The position numbers and the translations under genes were made by a program. The notes under the pieces were generated by a model. That model did not search any database and had not been told where the DNA came from. It was given only the letters and a program-made list of their open reading frames with translations. From positions 124,001 to 188,000 of IMG/VR virus record IMGVR_UViG_3300012277_000001: DNA of 64,000 bases. The stretch is one strand, 5' to 3'. Of this stretch, positions 55,293-63,969 are shown piece after piece (the stretch's first letter is position 1; each line of letters opens with the position of its first letter). The DNA comes from an uncultured virus (IMG/VR IMGVR_UViG_3300012277_000001). Taxonomy: Duplodnaviria; Heunggongvirae; Uroviricota; Caudoviricetes.

Positions 55293-56449
55293 TTCTTTGT
55301 CAGCCTCGGAATCTTTTTGGTGGTTTTCTTTTTCGCCTTGGCCGACGGCATTTTCAAGTCGGTATCAGACGATTTGAGTTTCTTTTTCTTCGCAGCTTTT
55401 TCTAGCGGTAACAGTACGTCTTCTTCGACGTAGTTCCTCATGTTCGCCGTAATGTCGAGAACCTTGATCAACTGTTGCGGCTTTAGGGCGTGCAGCATGT
55501 TGTCTTTGAGTGCACCCTTGTCGAAACAGACCTTTTCCATCGGGCAGGGTTCGTACGCGGGCATCAGCCGCTCGTAATCATCCGGGCATTGACACGGCTT
55601 CTGCTTGATTGCGATTTCAGGTTTGTTCTGGATAAAGCTGTTCACTGCCGAGCGGTAAATCTTCTTCTGCTGTACGATCAGCTTTTTGGTTTCGGCACGA
55701 CGACGCTCGCCCCAGCGTTCGGCCTTTTCCTTGTACTCGTACGGATTATCTCGGCTCAAATACAGCAGCGAGAAACCAGAAATTTTCATCTTGTATTTTT
55801 TCTCAAGCACGTAACAATACGTCGGCACCTGCATGAGGTGTTCGCGCTTGGGAAGCTTGTTGCCTTTCATCAGGCCTTTGGTCGTGGTCTTGTAGTCCAT
55901 AACCCAGTACGTGCCATCCGGCATTTCATAAATGCAGTCGATGTGGCCTTTCAGCCCAAAATAGTCGATGCATTTTTCCACGTACTCACAGGCGACACCG
56001 CATTCAGGGCATTCGTTGTCCGTGGTGTTCGTGGTAGTCAATTTGCCTTTGCGGTACATCACGCCCTTTTCGTCGTAAAGATCGCGGGCGTCGTGGTGTT
56101 TCTGGCACCGAGGGTTGCGGCATTTCCAATCACCGAAAACCTTTTTTGTCGGTCCCATGTAATATTGAATGTTTTCGTGGGCTGCTGTGCCCACAGTCGT
56201 GAAGTATCCGCCACCTGCCGCCATCCGCGATTCGTAGTAGCCATTTTCTGCTGCCATCATGAATTGCATGTGCACCAGAATTGGACAAATCGGAAACGAC
56301 GAAGGCCGGTATTCTGGCCCGCGCCCGTTCGGCGTGACAATGACACTATCCATTACTTGCCCGTAGACCTTGCCTACGTGCGATTCAACGTGCACGGACC
56401 GTTGGCCGGTGCTGATACGCTTCGCTAGATCCTTAAACACGTGGCACAT
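55289..56449 (-). CDS. Cas4/RecB-like PD-(D/E)XK exonuclease
   Basis: RPSS...CP, GT..HE, GHIDC, DYKT, Q..TY, terminal Cys residues. Confidence 0.8.
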   Translation of the reverse strand: MCHVFKDLAKRISTGQRSVHVESHVGKVYGQVMDSVIVTPNGRGPEYRPSSFPICPILVHMQFMMAAENGYYESRMAAGGGYFTTVGTAAHENIQYYMGPTKKVFGDWKCRNPRCQKHHDARDLYDEKGVMYRKGKLTTTNTTDNECPECGVACEYVEKCIDYFGLKGHIDCIYEMPDGTYWVMDYKTTTKGLMKGNKLPKREHLMQVPTYCYVLEKKYKMKISGFSLLYLSRDNPYEYKEKAERWGERRRAETKKLIVQQKKIYRSAVNSFIQNKPEIAIKQKPCQCPDDYERLMPAYEPCPMEKVCFDKGALKDNMLHALKPQQLIKVLDITANMRNYVEEDVLLPLEKAAKKKKLKSSDTDLKMPSAKAKKKTTKKIPRLTKK

Positions 56450-56455
56450 CCAGTA

Positions 56456-56463
56456 ACTGTAAA
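56456..56463 (+). promoter_or_regulatory. ACTGTAAA candidate promoter for primase
   Basis: Plus-strand copy 35 nt upstream of the dnaG ATG. Confidence 0.6.
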
Positions 56464-56498
56464 TGGTACTTATAAATTGTCATTTTGATGGTCAAAAC

Positions 56499-57578
56499 AT
56501 GAAACTTGATGATGCATTTACAGTCATCATGGAAGAGCTTGAAAAAATCGAAGGGCCGACCCGTCACAAGGCGGGCAGCTTTGAAATCGTTTGTCCTTTC
56601 CATGAAGATAATAACCCTTCTCTCGGAATCAACATCAGTCAGGAGGCAAAAGTCCCGGTCGGCACTTTCAACTGCTGGTCGTGTGGTGCTTCGGGGCAGT
56701 GGAATAAACTCGCCGCAAAACTCGAACTGCGTCAGATCAAAGCTTGGCAGCATTTCGACGGTAGTACAGCCGGGCAGCGCGCCCGATTCAACCGTAAGAA
56801 AAAGGAACGTGAGAACACAAACAACCGCTCGATTGATCGTCTGCGTGAAGAGGTAGGCGGTGCTATGATCCCGTGGCCAAAAGAAAAAGAATGGCGCGGC
56901 TATCCGGGTACGATGATTGAACGTGTGCAAGGCCAAATGTTTAGTGAGGATCAGCGCGAAGATGTGATGCTTGCTCTACCTATTTACATTAATGGTCGGT
57001 ATCGCGGCGGCGTTAAAGCGCTGATGGAAAAACAGGAAACGGGCCTTTCGTATATCAACACCAAAGGCGACTGGGTAATGGATTACGGATTGCTCGGTTA
57101 CGATTTTATCCGTAAGCACAAACTGTTCGGATGCAGCGCCGTGGTGCTGTGTGAAGGCCCCCGCGACTGGCTACGTCTTGTGCTGAATAAAATTCCGGCG
57201 TGTGCTGTGCTAGGTGCGAAAATGTTCGGGCCGCGTAAGCTGATGCTTTTGCAGGGACTCGGAATCAAAAAGATTTACACGCTGACTGATAACGACAAAG
57301 CGGGCCGTGCCATGGCCAGCTTGATCGAAGGCTACTGCGACGGCCAACTAGAATTTGAAGAACTACGGTTGCCACGCAAATTCGACGAAGACGGTCAGTT
57401 GATCAAGATGGACCCGGACGCAGCCCCTCAAAAGATAATCGACAAGGTGAAGGCAATCGTCTACGCATACGACAAGCCAGAACCCAAACCCAAAAAGAAA
57501 AAGGCTGTCGCGAAATCCACCAAGGAATTCCCGAAGCTGTCTGTTGAAAAGAAAGTGAAGAGGATCAAGAAAGCATGA
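56499..57578 (+). CDS. dnaG: DNA primase (DnaG-like)
   Basis: CPFHED...CWSC zinc finger; TOPRIM CEGPRD, DNDKAG, DPD. Confidence 0.9.
   Translation: MKLDDAFTVIMEELEKIEGPTRHKAGSFEIVCPFHEDNNPSLGINISQEAKVPVGTFNCWSCGASGQWNKLAAKLELRQIKAWQHFDGSTAGQRARFNRKKKERENTNNRSIDRLREEVGGAMIPWPKEKEWRGYPGTMIERVQGQMFSEDQREDVMLALPIYINGRYRGGVKALMEKQETGLSYINTKGDWVMDYGLLGYDFIRKHKLFGCSAVVLCEGPRDWLRLVLNKIPACAVLGAKMFGPRKLMLLQGLGIKKIYTLTDNDKAGRAMASLIEGYCDGQLEFEELRLPRKFDEDGQLIKMDPDAAPQKIIDKVKAIVYAYDKPEPKPKKKKAVAKSTKEFPKLSVEKKVKRIKKA
56517..56524 (-). promoter_or_regulatory. ACTGTAAA candidate promoter for the exonuclease operon
   Basis: Minus-strand copy at the divergence point. Confidence 0.5.
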
Positions 57579-57871
57579 CCGCACAAATCATCGACCAAGA
57601 AATTGTTGACGCCCTCAACCGCGCACTGATGAAAAACCTGAGCGTGATGGATGCCTTGCACAAAGAGTTCGGCTACGGCCACCCCATGCCACCAGATGAT
57701 CAGATCGTGAAATTCCAAGGCGGTATCAGCGAGGCGCAGGCCTACGAAATGATGGTGGCATTATCGGACCAGATCAATCGCAATCTCGACATGCTGGCGA
57801 CCCTGCGTCGTGGCAACATCAAGCAACGGATTCTGAACATCGCCGAAGTGATCGACGAAAAAGAATTCTGA
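57575..57871 (+). CDS. Hypothetical protein
   Basis: ATGA-coupled to dnaG. Confidence 0.65.
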   Translation: MTAQIIDQEIVDALNRALMKNLSVMDALHKEFGYGHPMPPDDQIVKFQGGISEAQAYEMMVALSDQINRNLDMLATLRRGNIKQRILNIAEVIDEKEF

Positions 57872-57881
57872 AGCACCAAAG

Positions 57882-57922
57882 AAAAAAGGCCGCGATCCTA
57901 AATGGAAAGCGGCCTTTTTTTT
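57882..57922. terminator. Bidirectional terminator between convergent genes
   Basis: AAAAAAGGCCGC...GCGGCCTTTTTT. Confidence 0.8.
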
Positions 57923-57937
57923 GGTCCGGAAAACCTG

Positions 57938-58570
57938 TTAGTTGTCCAGATTATCAGCGATGAACTGCTTCAGCGTCACGTCTTCGACGTTGTTTGCGAT
58001 GTAGTTCATGTCGTCGAACGACAGTTCGTCACGACGCATGCGGATATCGTCCATCAGGTCTGCCATGTCTTCACCTTCTTGGAACGAACGGTTCACGATA
58101 CCAGCAGCGAACGGCGAAGGTTGGAAGGTTTCAGGGCTGGCGACCGGCGCTTGCGGCAAAGCAGGCGGTGCGATATCGGTACGCATTTCCAGCATTTCCG
58201 GAACGCTGTGATCCTTGTCGCTGGCGTTCATTTGCAGAACGCGTTGAATTTCCTGCTTGGCTTTCGGCGAAGCTTGGATAGCGGTTTCGGCGTCGTCCGG
58301 GTGCGCGATGGCGATTTCGCCCAGCTGGCACAGCTGACGGAAATGGCGGTTGGTCAACAGGCTTTTGCGCGGGGCAAACATGGTCATGTCGATGGGCACG
58401 AAAGTTTTTGGAATCACGATGGATTGCATCGTGCCGTCTTCGCCTTGCACCGTCAGGTTGATGTTGCCCGCTGGTTTGGTACGGTTCATGACGTACAACG
58501 CCAGATCGTCGCCGCGCTGAATGGCTTGGGTGACAGTCAACGGACGCATGAGGGCTTTAGCTTGGGTCAT
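57938..58570 (-). CDS. Hypothetical protein
   Basis: 210-aa ORF, ATGA coupled. Confidence 0.7.
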   Translation of the reverse strand: MTQAKALMRPLTVTQAIQRGDDLALYVMNRTKPAGNINLTVQGEDGTMQSIVIPKTFVPIDMTMFAPRKSLLTNRHFRQLCQLGEIAIAHPDDAETAIQASPKAKQEIQRVLQMNASDKDHSVPEMLEMRTDIAPPALPQAPVASPETFQPSPFAAGIVNRSFQEGEDMADLMDDIRMRRDELSFDDMNYIANNVEDVTLKQFIADNLDN

Positions 58571-59115
58571 TCTGGTGAATCCTCGTCTTCGCTTGGGTAG
58601 TATTGCTCGATTTCCTTACAGGGAATTTCGAACAGCAGGTGAATTTTTGGGCTGCCGAATTTCGACATGTGCTCTTTATCTAACAGCATGGGAATCATCG
58701 CAGGCTCCAACCCCAGTTCGGGATCAGAAAACAAAGGATGTTCCGCGATCTTTTTGATGATCGGCGTTTCTTCCACAAGGTCTTCGCATTCGTAGCTGCG
58801 AAACTCCTGCGCGGCATGGTAAACGGCGATCATCGCAGCAACCCTTTCACAGGCGGCCTTGCGAGCGATCAGCACCTCACGCTTTGTCAGGTGTGGCAAT
58901 TTCAACAGACGGAGTTCAACGTCTGTCAAACCTTTTGGTTGGTCTTTCTTTTTCTTTTTCTTCGAATGCTCTTGCTCGCTCTTCGTACTGGCGAACGTGG
59001 CGTCAAGTGCCATGCAGCGATTCTTCGTTTGCAGTGTGTGATATTTGCAAGTGGTCACACGGCATTTCGTTGCAAATTGGTAATCGCTAAGTGGGCAGGT
59101 CTTAATTAGTTCCAA
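58567..59115 (-). CDS. Hypothetical protein with N-terminal Cys cluster
   Basis: CP...C...C.YH...C. Confidence 0.55.
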   Translation of the reverse strand: MELIKTCPLSDYQFATKCRVTTCKYHTLQTKNRCMALDATFASTKSEQEHSKKKKKKDQPKGLTDVELRLLKLPHLTKREVLIARKAACERVAAMIAVYHAAQEFRSYECEDLVEETPIIKKIAEHPLFSDPELGLEPAMIPMLLDKEHMSKFGSPKIHLLFEIPCKEIEQYYPSEDEDSPE

Positions 59116-59566
59116 GGGGGAATTCGATGTTGTGCAGATAGCAGTTGAAAACCAGACGATGGATCAGAACTTCGCGGTCGCCACCCTGCAACTTCGTGTA
59201 GCTCACGTTGGAATTGCGCAGCCGCAAATTGCTAAGCTGGCGAACAGCCACCGTGCGACCGGCAGTCGATTGCGAGTACAGGTAAATTTCTTTCGGCGCC
59301 ACAGCTTTGCCGTAAGCCAGTGCGTACAGGTCTTCGATGTTGGAAAAGTTTTCCGTTACGCCGAGCGCCAGCTGGTATGGTCGCAGCTTTTCGTCTTCGT
59401 TGTTCGCTTCAAAATCGAGTTGCGCATAAACAATCGCGTCGATGATCGAATCTTTCAGCAGATTTTGCGTGGCGTCGGGATTGTTACCGACCAGAAAACC
59501 CGACCGCTTCATCGGGTAATTCACGTTTACGACTGGGGGCAAACCCTTCGTGTTTCCTGTTGTCAT
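59102..59566 (-). CDS. Hypothetical protein
   Basis: 154-aa ORF. Confidence 0.6.
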   Translation of the reverse strand: MTTGNTKGLPPVVNVNYPMKRSGFLVGNNPDATQNLLKDSIIDAIVYAQLDFEANNEDEKLRPYQLALGVTENFSNIEDLYALAYGKAVAPKEIYLYSQSTAGRTVAVRQLSNLRLRNSNVSYTKLQGGDREVLIHRLVFNCYLHNIEFPLGTN

Positions 59567-59611
59567 TTTAGTTCCAACTTTTTGTCCAATGTTACCCTTT
59601 ATTTACATTAT

Positions 59612-60244
59612 TTAAAGGGAAGGGGCATCGGAAAGCACCCGGAAAAGACGGGTTTCGTCGGTATGACTTTGAATGAAATCGTAAGGCTTCACACGCAATA
59701 GTTTTGCTGCGTGGTAAAGCGCGATAAGGAACGAATCCAGCTGGTGAATCACGATACCTTGGCCTTTGTAACGGACTTTCAAGTCTTCGTACATTTCTTT
59801 CAGGTCGGCAGCCGTCCGATTGAACTCGTTCTTCCACGTGGCCGCCGTGTAGAACTCGGTTGGAATATTCGGGTGAATCAGCAGCTGGGCGCCAAGCATC
59901 ATGCCAATGGCTTCGACCGTAGTTCCTGCACCGCGACCGGGCCGCGATTGAAAGCGTTCAGCTGCGATGTAATCAATGGTTCGAAGTGGGAGCTTTCGGT
60001 ATTCTTTCACGAAGGCCGCGCATTCAGTTTGCGCCAGCTTCACGTCATGAATCATGTGCCCCATCATTTTAGTGCCAATGACTTTGAAACACATCCCACC
60101 ATGCTTGCCAATCCACGCTTCGATAACGGTGGTCGCATAGTTCTTTGTGCCCATGTCTTCGCCCATTACGCGAATACGTTTCTTACTCGGCACCGGTAAT
60201 TCTACCTTGACCGGTTTGGCTTTTGCTTTACGCTTGCGGGCCAT
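59612..60244 (-). CDS. RuvC-like Holliday junction resolvase (RNase H fold)
   Basis: VMGEDMG..N, AAERFQ, HQLDS; GGAG RBS. Confidence 0.7.
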   Translation of the reverse strand: MARKRKAKAKPVKVELPVPSKKRIRVMGEDMGTKNYATTVIEAWIGKHGGMCFKVIGTKMMGHMIHDVKLAQTECAAFVKEYRKLPLRTIDYIAAERFQSRPGRGAGTTVEAIGMMLGAQLLIHPNIPTEFYTAATWKNEFNRTAADLKEMYEDLKVRYKGQGIVIHQLDSFLIALYHAAKLLRVKPYDFIQSHTDETRLFRVLSDAPSL

Positions 60245-60328
60245 GGTGTTCTCCTGTCCTATACTACTGAATTACAATCCGCATCCTCGGTTTTTGGGCC
60301 AGTAATTTAACTGAATGGAGGATCAAAC

Positions 60329-61408
60329 ATGATCAAACGCGGACCCAGTAATGTGCGGCGCAACCATGCCCGCAACTTCATTCAAACGCAGGCACAGGCC
60401 CGCATGGATGAAACGGTTAAAGCCTACAACCATCAGGTTTCGAACTCGTTGGCAGTAAACGCCGTGCAGGTAATTCTTTATCAGGTCGAACGTCAGGTTG
60501 GCCGCCCCTGTTCCTGCTGTCGCACCAACGTAGAAATTCCGGCAGGCTCTAACGTAACGCCCACGATTCCGCAAAAGGATCGTGAAACCAGCGGCATCGA
60601 AATTGGTTTCCAAGACGACGATATCTTCGGAACTGAAATGGACGCCAACATTTTCAACGACGTGGAAGTGCGCGACGTTTCGGGCATGCAGCGTGACGAA
60701 GGCATACGCGGCATCGAAACTGAAGAGTATGAGGATTCTGTAGGCCAAGGTTCGGTGAATTGCGGTATTTGTTACCGCTCGCTGAAACAGCCGGGTTACA
60801 AGGCCTACGGCATGCAGCGTTCGGTATACACGCACTACGATATCGAACGTATCGAAGGCTACCACCTCGATTCCACAAGCGCCCCACACGCATTCAAACG
60901 TGAGCACGAAGACGGTTTCGTTTGTTTCCGCGTAATGGTCCCGAAGTATTTCAAATCGGCCATCATCAGCATTCGTGAAGACTTGTACGTTCTGCGTGAA
61001 AAGCCGTTGCGCAAAGACGGGGTGCCTATCACTGTAGAAGATTTTCGCCGTCATGCTGGCCAGTACGTTGAAATTTACATCCGGTCAGAACGTTTCACGC
61101 ATTTTGTCGTCGAGTTCGATATGGGAATCCCCCGGCTCAATGCAAACATCGGTGGCGAAACCACAACCCTCGATTATGACCGCCTGCAAACCATGAGCGA
61201 TATTCCGATTGTTCTCGGTCCCGAAGTGTCGGACGTGAACGAAGGCGATATCGTGTGCATTCCAGAACGAAATCTGTACCTGAAGATTCGTGACAAAGAA
61301 CGGAAGATCATGCAGGACCAATCCCGGCTGGAATGGGTGTGTTCGTCCCGTGTTCTGCAACCCACCGAGCCACTGCGAGCCATTGCCAAAGGATACAAAC
61401 TGCGATGA
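60329..61408 (+). CDS. Putative virion structural protein with Zn-binding Cys motifs
   Basis: GGAGG RBS; PCSCC and CGICY; C-terminal EGDIV..P...Y.I beta-barrel-like segment. Confidence 0.5.
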   Translation: MIKRGPSNVRRNHARNFIQTQAQARMDETVKAYNHQVSNSLAVNAVQVILYQVERQVGRPCSCCRTNVEIPAGSNVTPTIPQKDRETSGIEIGFQDDDIFGTEMDANIFNDVEVRDVSGMQRDEGIRGIETEEYEDSVGQGSVNCGICYRSLKQPGYKAYGMQRSVYTHYDIERIEGYHLDSTSAPHAFKREHEDGFVCFRVMVPKYFKSAIISIREDLYVLREKPLRKDGVPITVEDFRRHAGQYVEIYIRSERFTHFVVEFDMGIPRLNANIGGETTTLDYDRLQTMSDIPIVLGPEVSDVNEGDIVCIPERNLYLKIRDKERKIMQDQSRLEWVCSSRVLQPTEPLRAIAKGYKLR

Positions 61409-61881
61409 ACAATTTTTACAAGTTGACTCTGCACGATGATCAGGTAGACAACCAAATTGTGGGCAAAACTCTGAGTGTCCGTAATCACGAAGATTCTGTG
61501 AGTTTCCTGCGCGGGCGTAGTGTTGGCTTTATCGTCAACAATTCGAACAACTGGATCGAACCTGAAGTCGAAGCGGCAATCAATGGCTGCACGCGCACCT
61601 TCACCAATATGGTGCGTGATCAGTTTCTGGCCCTTCACGCGTGGGAACCGTGGCGCAAATATCCGGACCTGATCAAGATCCGTCTGGCTTCGCGCTGCAT
61701 GTACCTGATTTTTGATCGCCCGGCTGATGGTCCACGCCTGAATTTCACCAACTCGCAAATCGGTGAAGAGTGGCCACAACTGATCAACCGGTCGCAGGAT
61801 GTTTTCACCCTGAAACGCGGGCACATCACCAGTGGTTCGCCGGATGGCGGTTGTCTGCAATTCTCGTATGACCTGAAATGA
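61405..61881 (+). CDS. Hypothetical protein
   Basis: Start reassigned to ATG 61405 (ATGA overlap). Confidence 0.65.
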   Translation: MNNFYKLTLHDDQVDNQIVGKTLSVRNHEDSVSFLRGRSVGFIVNNSNNWIEPEVEAAINGCTRTFTNMVRDQFLALHAWEPWRKYPDLIKIRLASRCMYLIFDRPADGPRLNFTNSQIGEEWPQLINRSQDVFTLKRGHITSGSPDGGCLQFSYDLK

Positions 61882-62054
61882 AATATTTCCTGAATTCCAT
61901 CAAACTCTACCGCCGAATCCGTGGTGGCCGTTGGGAACACTGGTATCACGACGACGGCCATTACATGCTTTGGTACGAATGGGACACGGAAGCCGAAGGC
62001 CGACGCCCACACCCCAGCTGCAAAGGCAGCCCAACGATTGAGGTTTACGAATGA
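61878..62054 (+). CDS. Small Trp/His-rich protein (58 aa; not in ORF track)
   Basis: MKYFLNSIKLYRRIRGGRWEHWYH...EVYE with ATGA overlaps at both ends. Confidence 0.65.
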   Translation: MKYFLNSIKLYRRIRGGRWEHWYHDDGHYMLWYEWDTEAEGRRPHPSCKGSPTIEVYE

Positions 62055-62638
62055 ATTTCCCTACCTACAAATGCCACAAAGAAGTCCAAGCGTTCAAAAT
62101 CCATACGATCACCGCACAGGCCCTCGGCACCGCTGAAGGCAATGTCGTGCAACCTGAAATGGTTGCGGTAGGCACCAACGAAGATGGTTCGCCACGACTG
62201 CTTCCATCTGCGCAGAAAACCGAATACGTTCTCACCGACGAAACCGGCGAATTCTCGGTCGTGGTCAGTGAAGATTTCGTGGTCAAACACAACGTCTACT
62301 CCGAAGGCTATTTCGTGCGTTACTCGGATGGTTATCAGTCGTTCAGTCCGAAAGAAGCTTTCGAAGAAGGCTACACGGTTTCCGAAGAGAAATCGGTGAT
62401 TGTGATTCGCGTGGGCAACTCCCGTTGGACCCCGCGTATGGAAGAACTCGAACAAGTTATGGAACTGTTCGTAAACGCGACCACCGATCCAAAAGGCGCG
62501 GTTGTAGCTGTAAACCACGGCATTCGTCTCGAAGCGGATCAAGTGTTGCGCACCGAAACCGAAAACATGTTCGTGTGTTCCGTTGCTGAAAAACGCGATT
62601 TGAAAACCCTCCTGAAAGAGGCCAAAGAAAACCAATGA
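62051..62638 (+). CDS. Two-domain protein: GY.V.Y.DGY.S.SP...FE.GY phage domain plus a portal-derived segment
   Basis: YKCHKEVQA...GYFVRYSDGYQSFSPKEAFEEGY; C-terminal part aligns to the portal in this window. Confidence 0.7.
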   Translation: MNFPTYKCHKEVQAFKIHTITAQALGTAEGNVVQPEMVAVGTNEDGSPRLLPSAQKTEYVLTDETGEFSVVVSEDFVVKHNVYSEGYFVRYSDGYQSFSPKEAFEEGYTVSEEKSVIVIRVGNSRWTPRMEELEQVMELFVNATTDPKGAVVAVNHGIRLEADQVLRTETENMFVCSVAEKRDLKTLLKEAKENQ

Positions 62639-63330
62639 AAGAACTCGCCATTGCATCGAACATGATCACGATGGCACGCAACGCAAAATCTTTGGAGCAA
62701 AAGCGCAGCCTCATGCTGCGTATGATTTTGCCGCTGCTGTCCAAAAACACCGCTGACAAAATGGCGTCCGTTATCACCAACCACAACAGCCGTGAATTTT
62801 CGCAGCTTTGGGAACAGGTGAAACCGGAAATCGCTAACAAGTTGGCGTCCGACCGGGCCAAGCAAAGCGCAGGTGATAAATCGCCCCAAGCTGTAGCTAC
62901 TGCAAGCGCAGGGGAACCAACGTACGCCGACGTTACGACTTTTCAACGTGACGACGAAACCAGCGTTTGCATCACAACGTACGGACCCCGGAAAATTCGC
63001 ATTGCTTTGAATGGCGACACTGTTCTCGAAGCACAGCCAAACGAAGGTATTTCACCAGCGGTTGCAGCAGGTGAATTGGTGCCGACTCCTGCGTATTCTG
63101 GTGGCACCGGGGGCATTTCGTCGGAGCAATTGTGCAAACTGGTCAAAATGGTGTGCGAACGCCTGATCATGCAGGCCGACCCTTGCCCATTGCCTTTGAT
63201 GAAAATGCCCACCAATTGCGCTGCGCACGATTGGCCGGATTGCAAAGTTTGTTTGTCGGGTATGAAGGGGTTTGATTTCAACGCAAACATCCTTGAACTC
63301 TACGACAAGCTGTGTGCATCCAGCATTTAA
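62635..63330 (+). CDS. Hypothetical protein with ELAIAS / VATAS motifs
   Basis: Starts MKELAIAS; internal AVATASAG; Cys-rich C-terminus. Confidence 0.7.
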   Translation: MKELAIASNMITMARNAKSLEQKRSLMLRMILPLLSKNTADKMASVITNHNSREFSQLWEQVKPEIANKLASDRAKQSAGDKSPQAVATASAGEPTYADVTTFQRDDETSVCITTYGPRKIRIALNGDTVLEAQPNEGISPAVAAGELVPTPAYSGGTGGISSEQLCKLVKMVCERLIMQADPCPLPLMKMPTNCAAHDWPDCKVCLSGMKGFDFNANILELYDKLCASSI

Positions 63331-63347
63331 CCAGCTATTACCAACCC

Positions 63348-63377
63348 AAAGGGGAGCCGAAAGGTTCCCCTTTTTTA
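63348..63377 (+). terminator. Intrinsic terminator
   Basis: GGGGAGCC-gaaa-GGTTCCCC followed by T7. Confidence 0.85.
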
Positions 63378-63476
63378 TTGGTTTTTTATTCAAATGATTT
63401 GAAACCCAACCTAATAGGGGTCCAATGAAAGGGGCTATAACCCGGTCCGACGAACGGTAAATCGTACCCTCAAAAA

Positions 63477-63484
63477 ACTGTAAA
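63477..63484 (+). promoter_or_regulatory. ACTGTAAA candidate promoter element
   Basis: Plus-strand copy in a long non-coding region. Confidence 0.5.
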
Positions 63485-63969
63485 CATCGGGTTGTACGCT
63501 ATTGGATAATGGAGTGACAGAACGATTCATCGTTTGGAAACGACGCGAGCGATAGCGAAGCCCACACAGGATTGCAGAGTGCACAGAACGTTTGAATCGA
63601 ACGTAACGTTCAGAGAAAAACATACAGTGACGCGTAAGCGGAACGATAGCGACTAACGCGTAGCGTTAGGAGCGGGAACCGAAGGTTCCCCGTAATAGAA
63701 AAGAATTAACCAATTCCCCTTTCCCCTGCGGAGTGGAAGACAGTAGGAAAGAGAAGCGAGAAGGCTGGTGCTTGTTAGAGCTTTTAAGGAGAGGTCTGTC
63801 CGCGTTGTTTGTGCTGCGCAAAAACAATGGACCTTCGGCAATTGCTCGTTACCTACGGTAACTGCGCTCGAAGAGCGCCCCCTCCCCAGTTCCGCCGCCC
63901 CCTCCCCCGCCGTCCCGGCCACCGGCCTGCCGCTCCGTTTATTTGATTCGAACCGAAGAGGATAAACCG

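Noticed and set aside
55289..56449. Cas4-like gene as evidence for a CRISPR-Cas system
   Set aside because: There are no other cas genes or array, and solo Cas4-like exonucleases beside a primase are common in phages.
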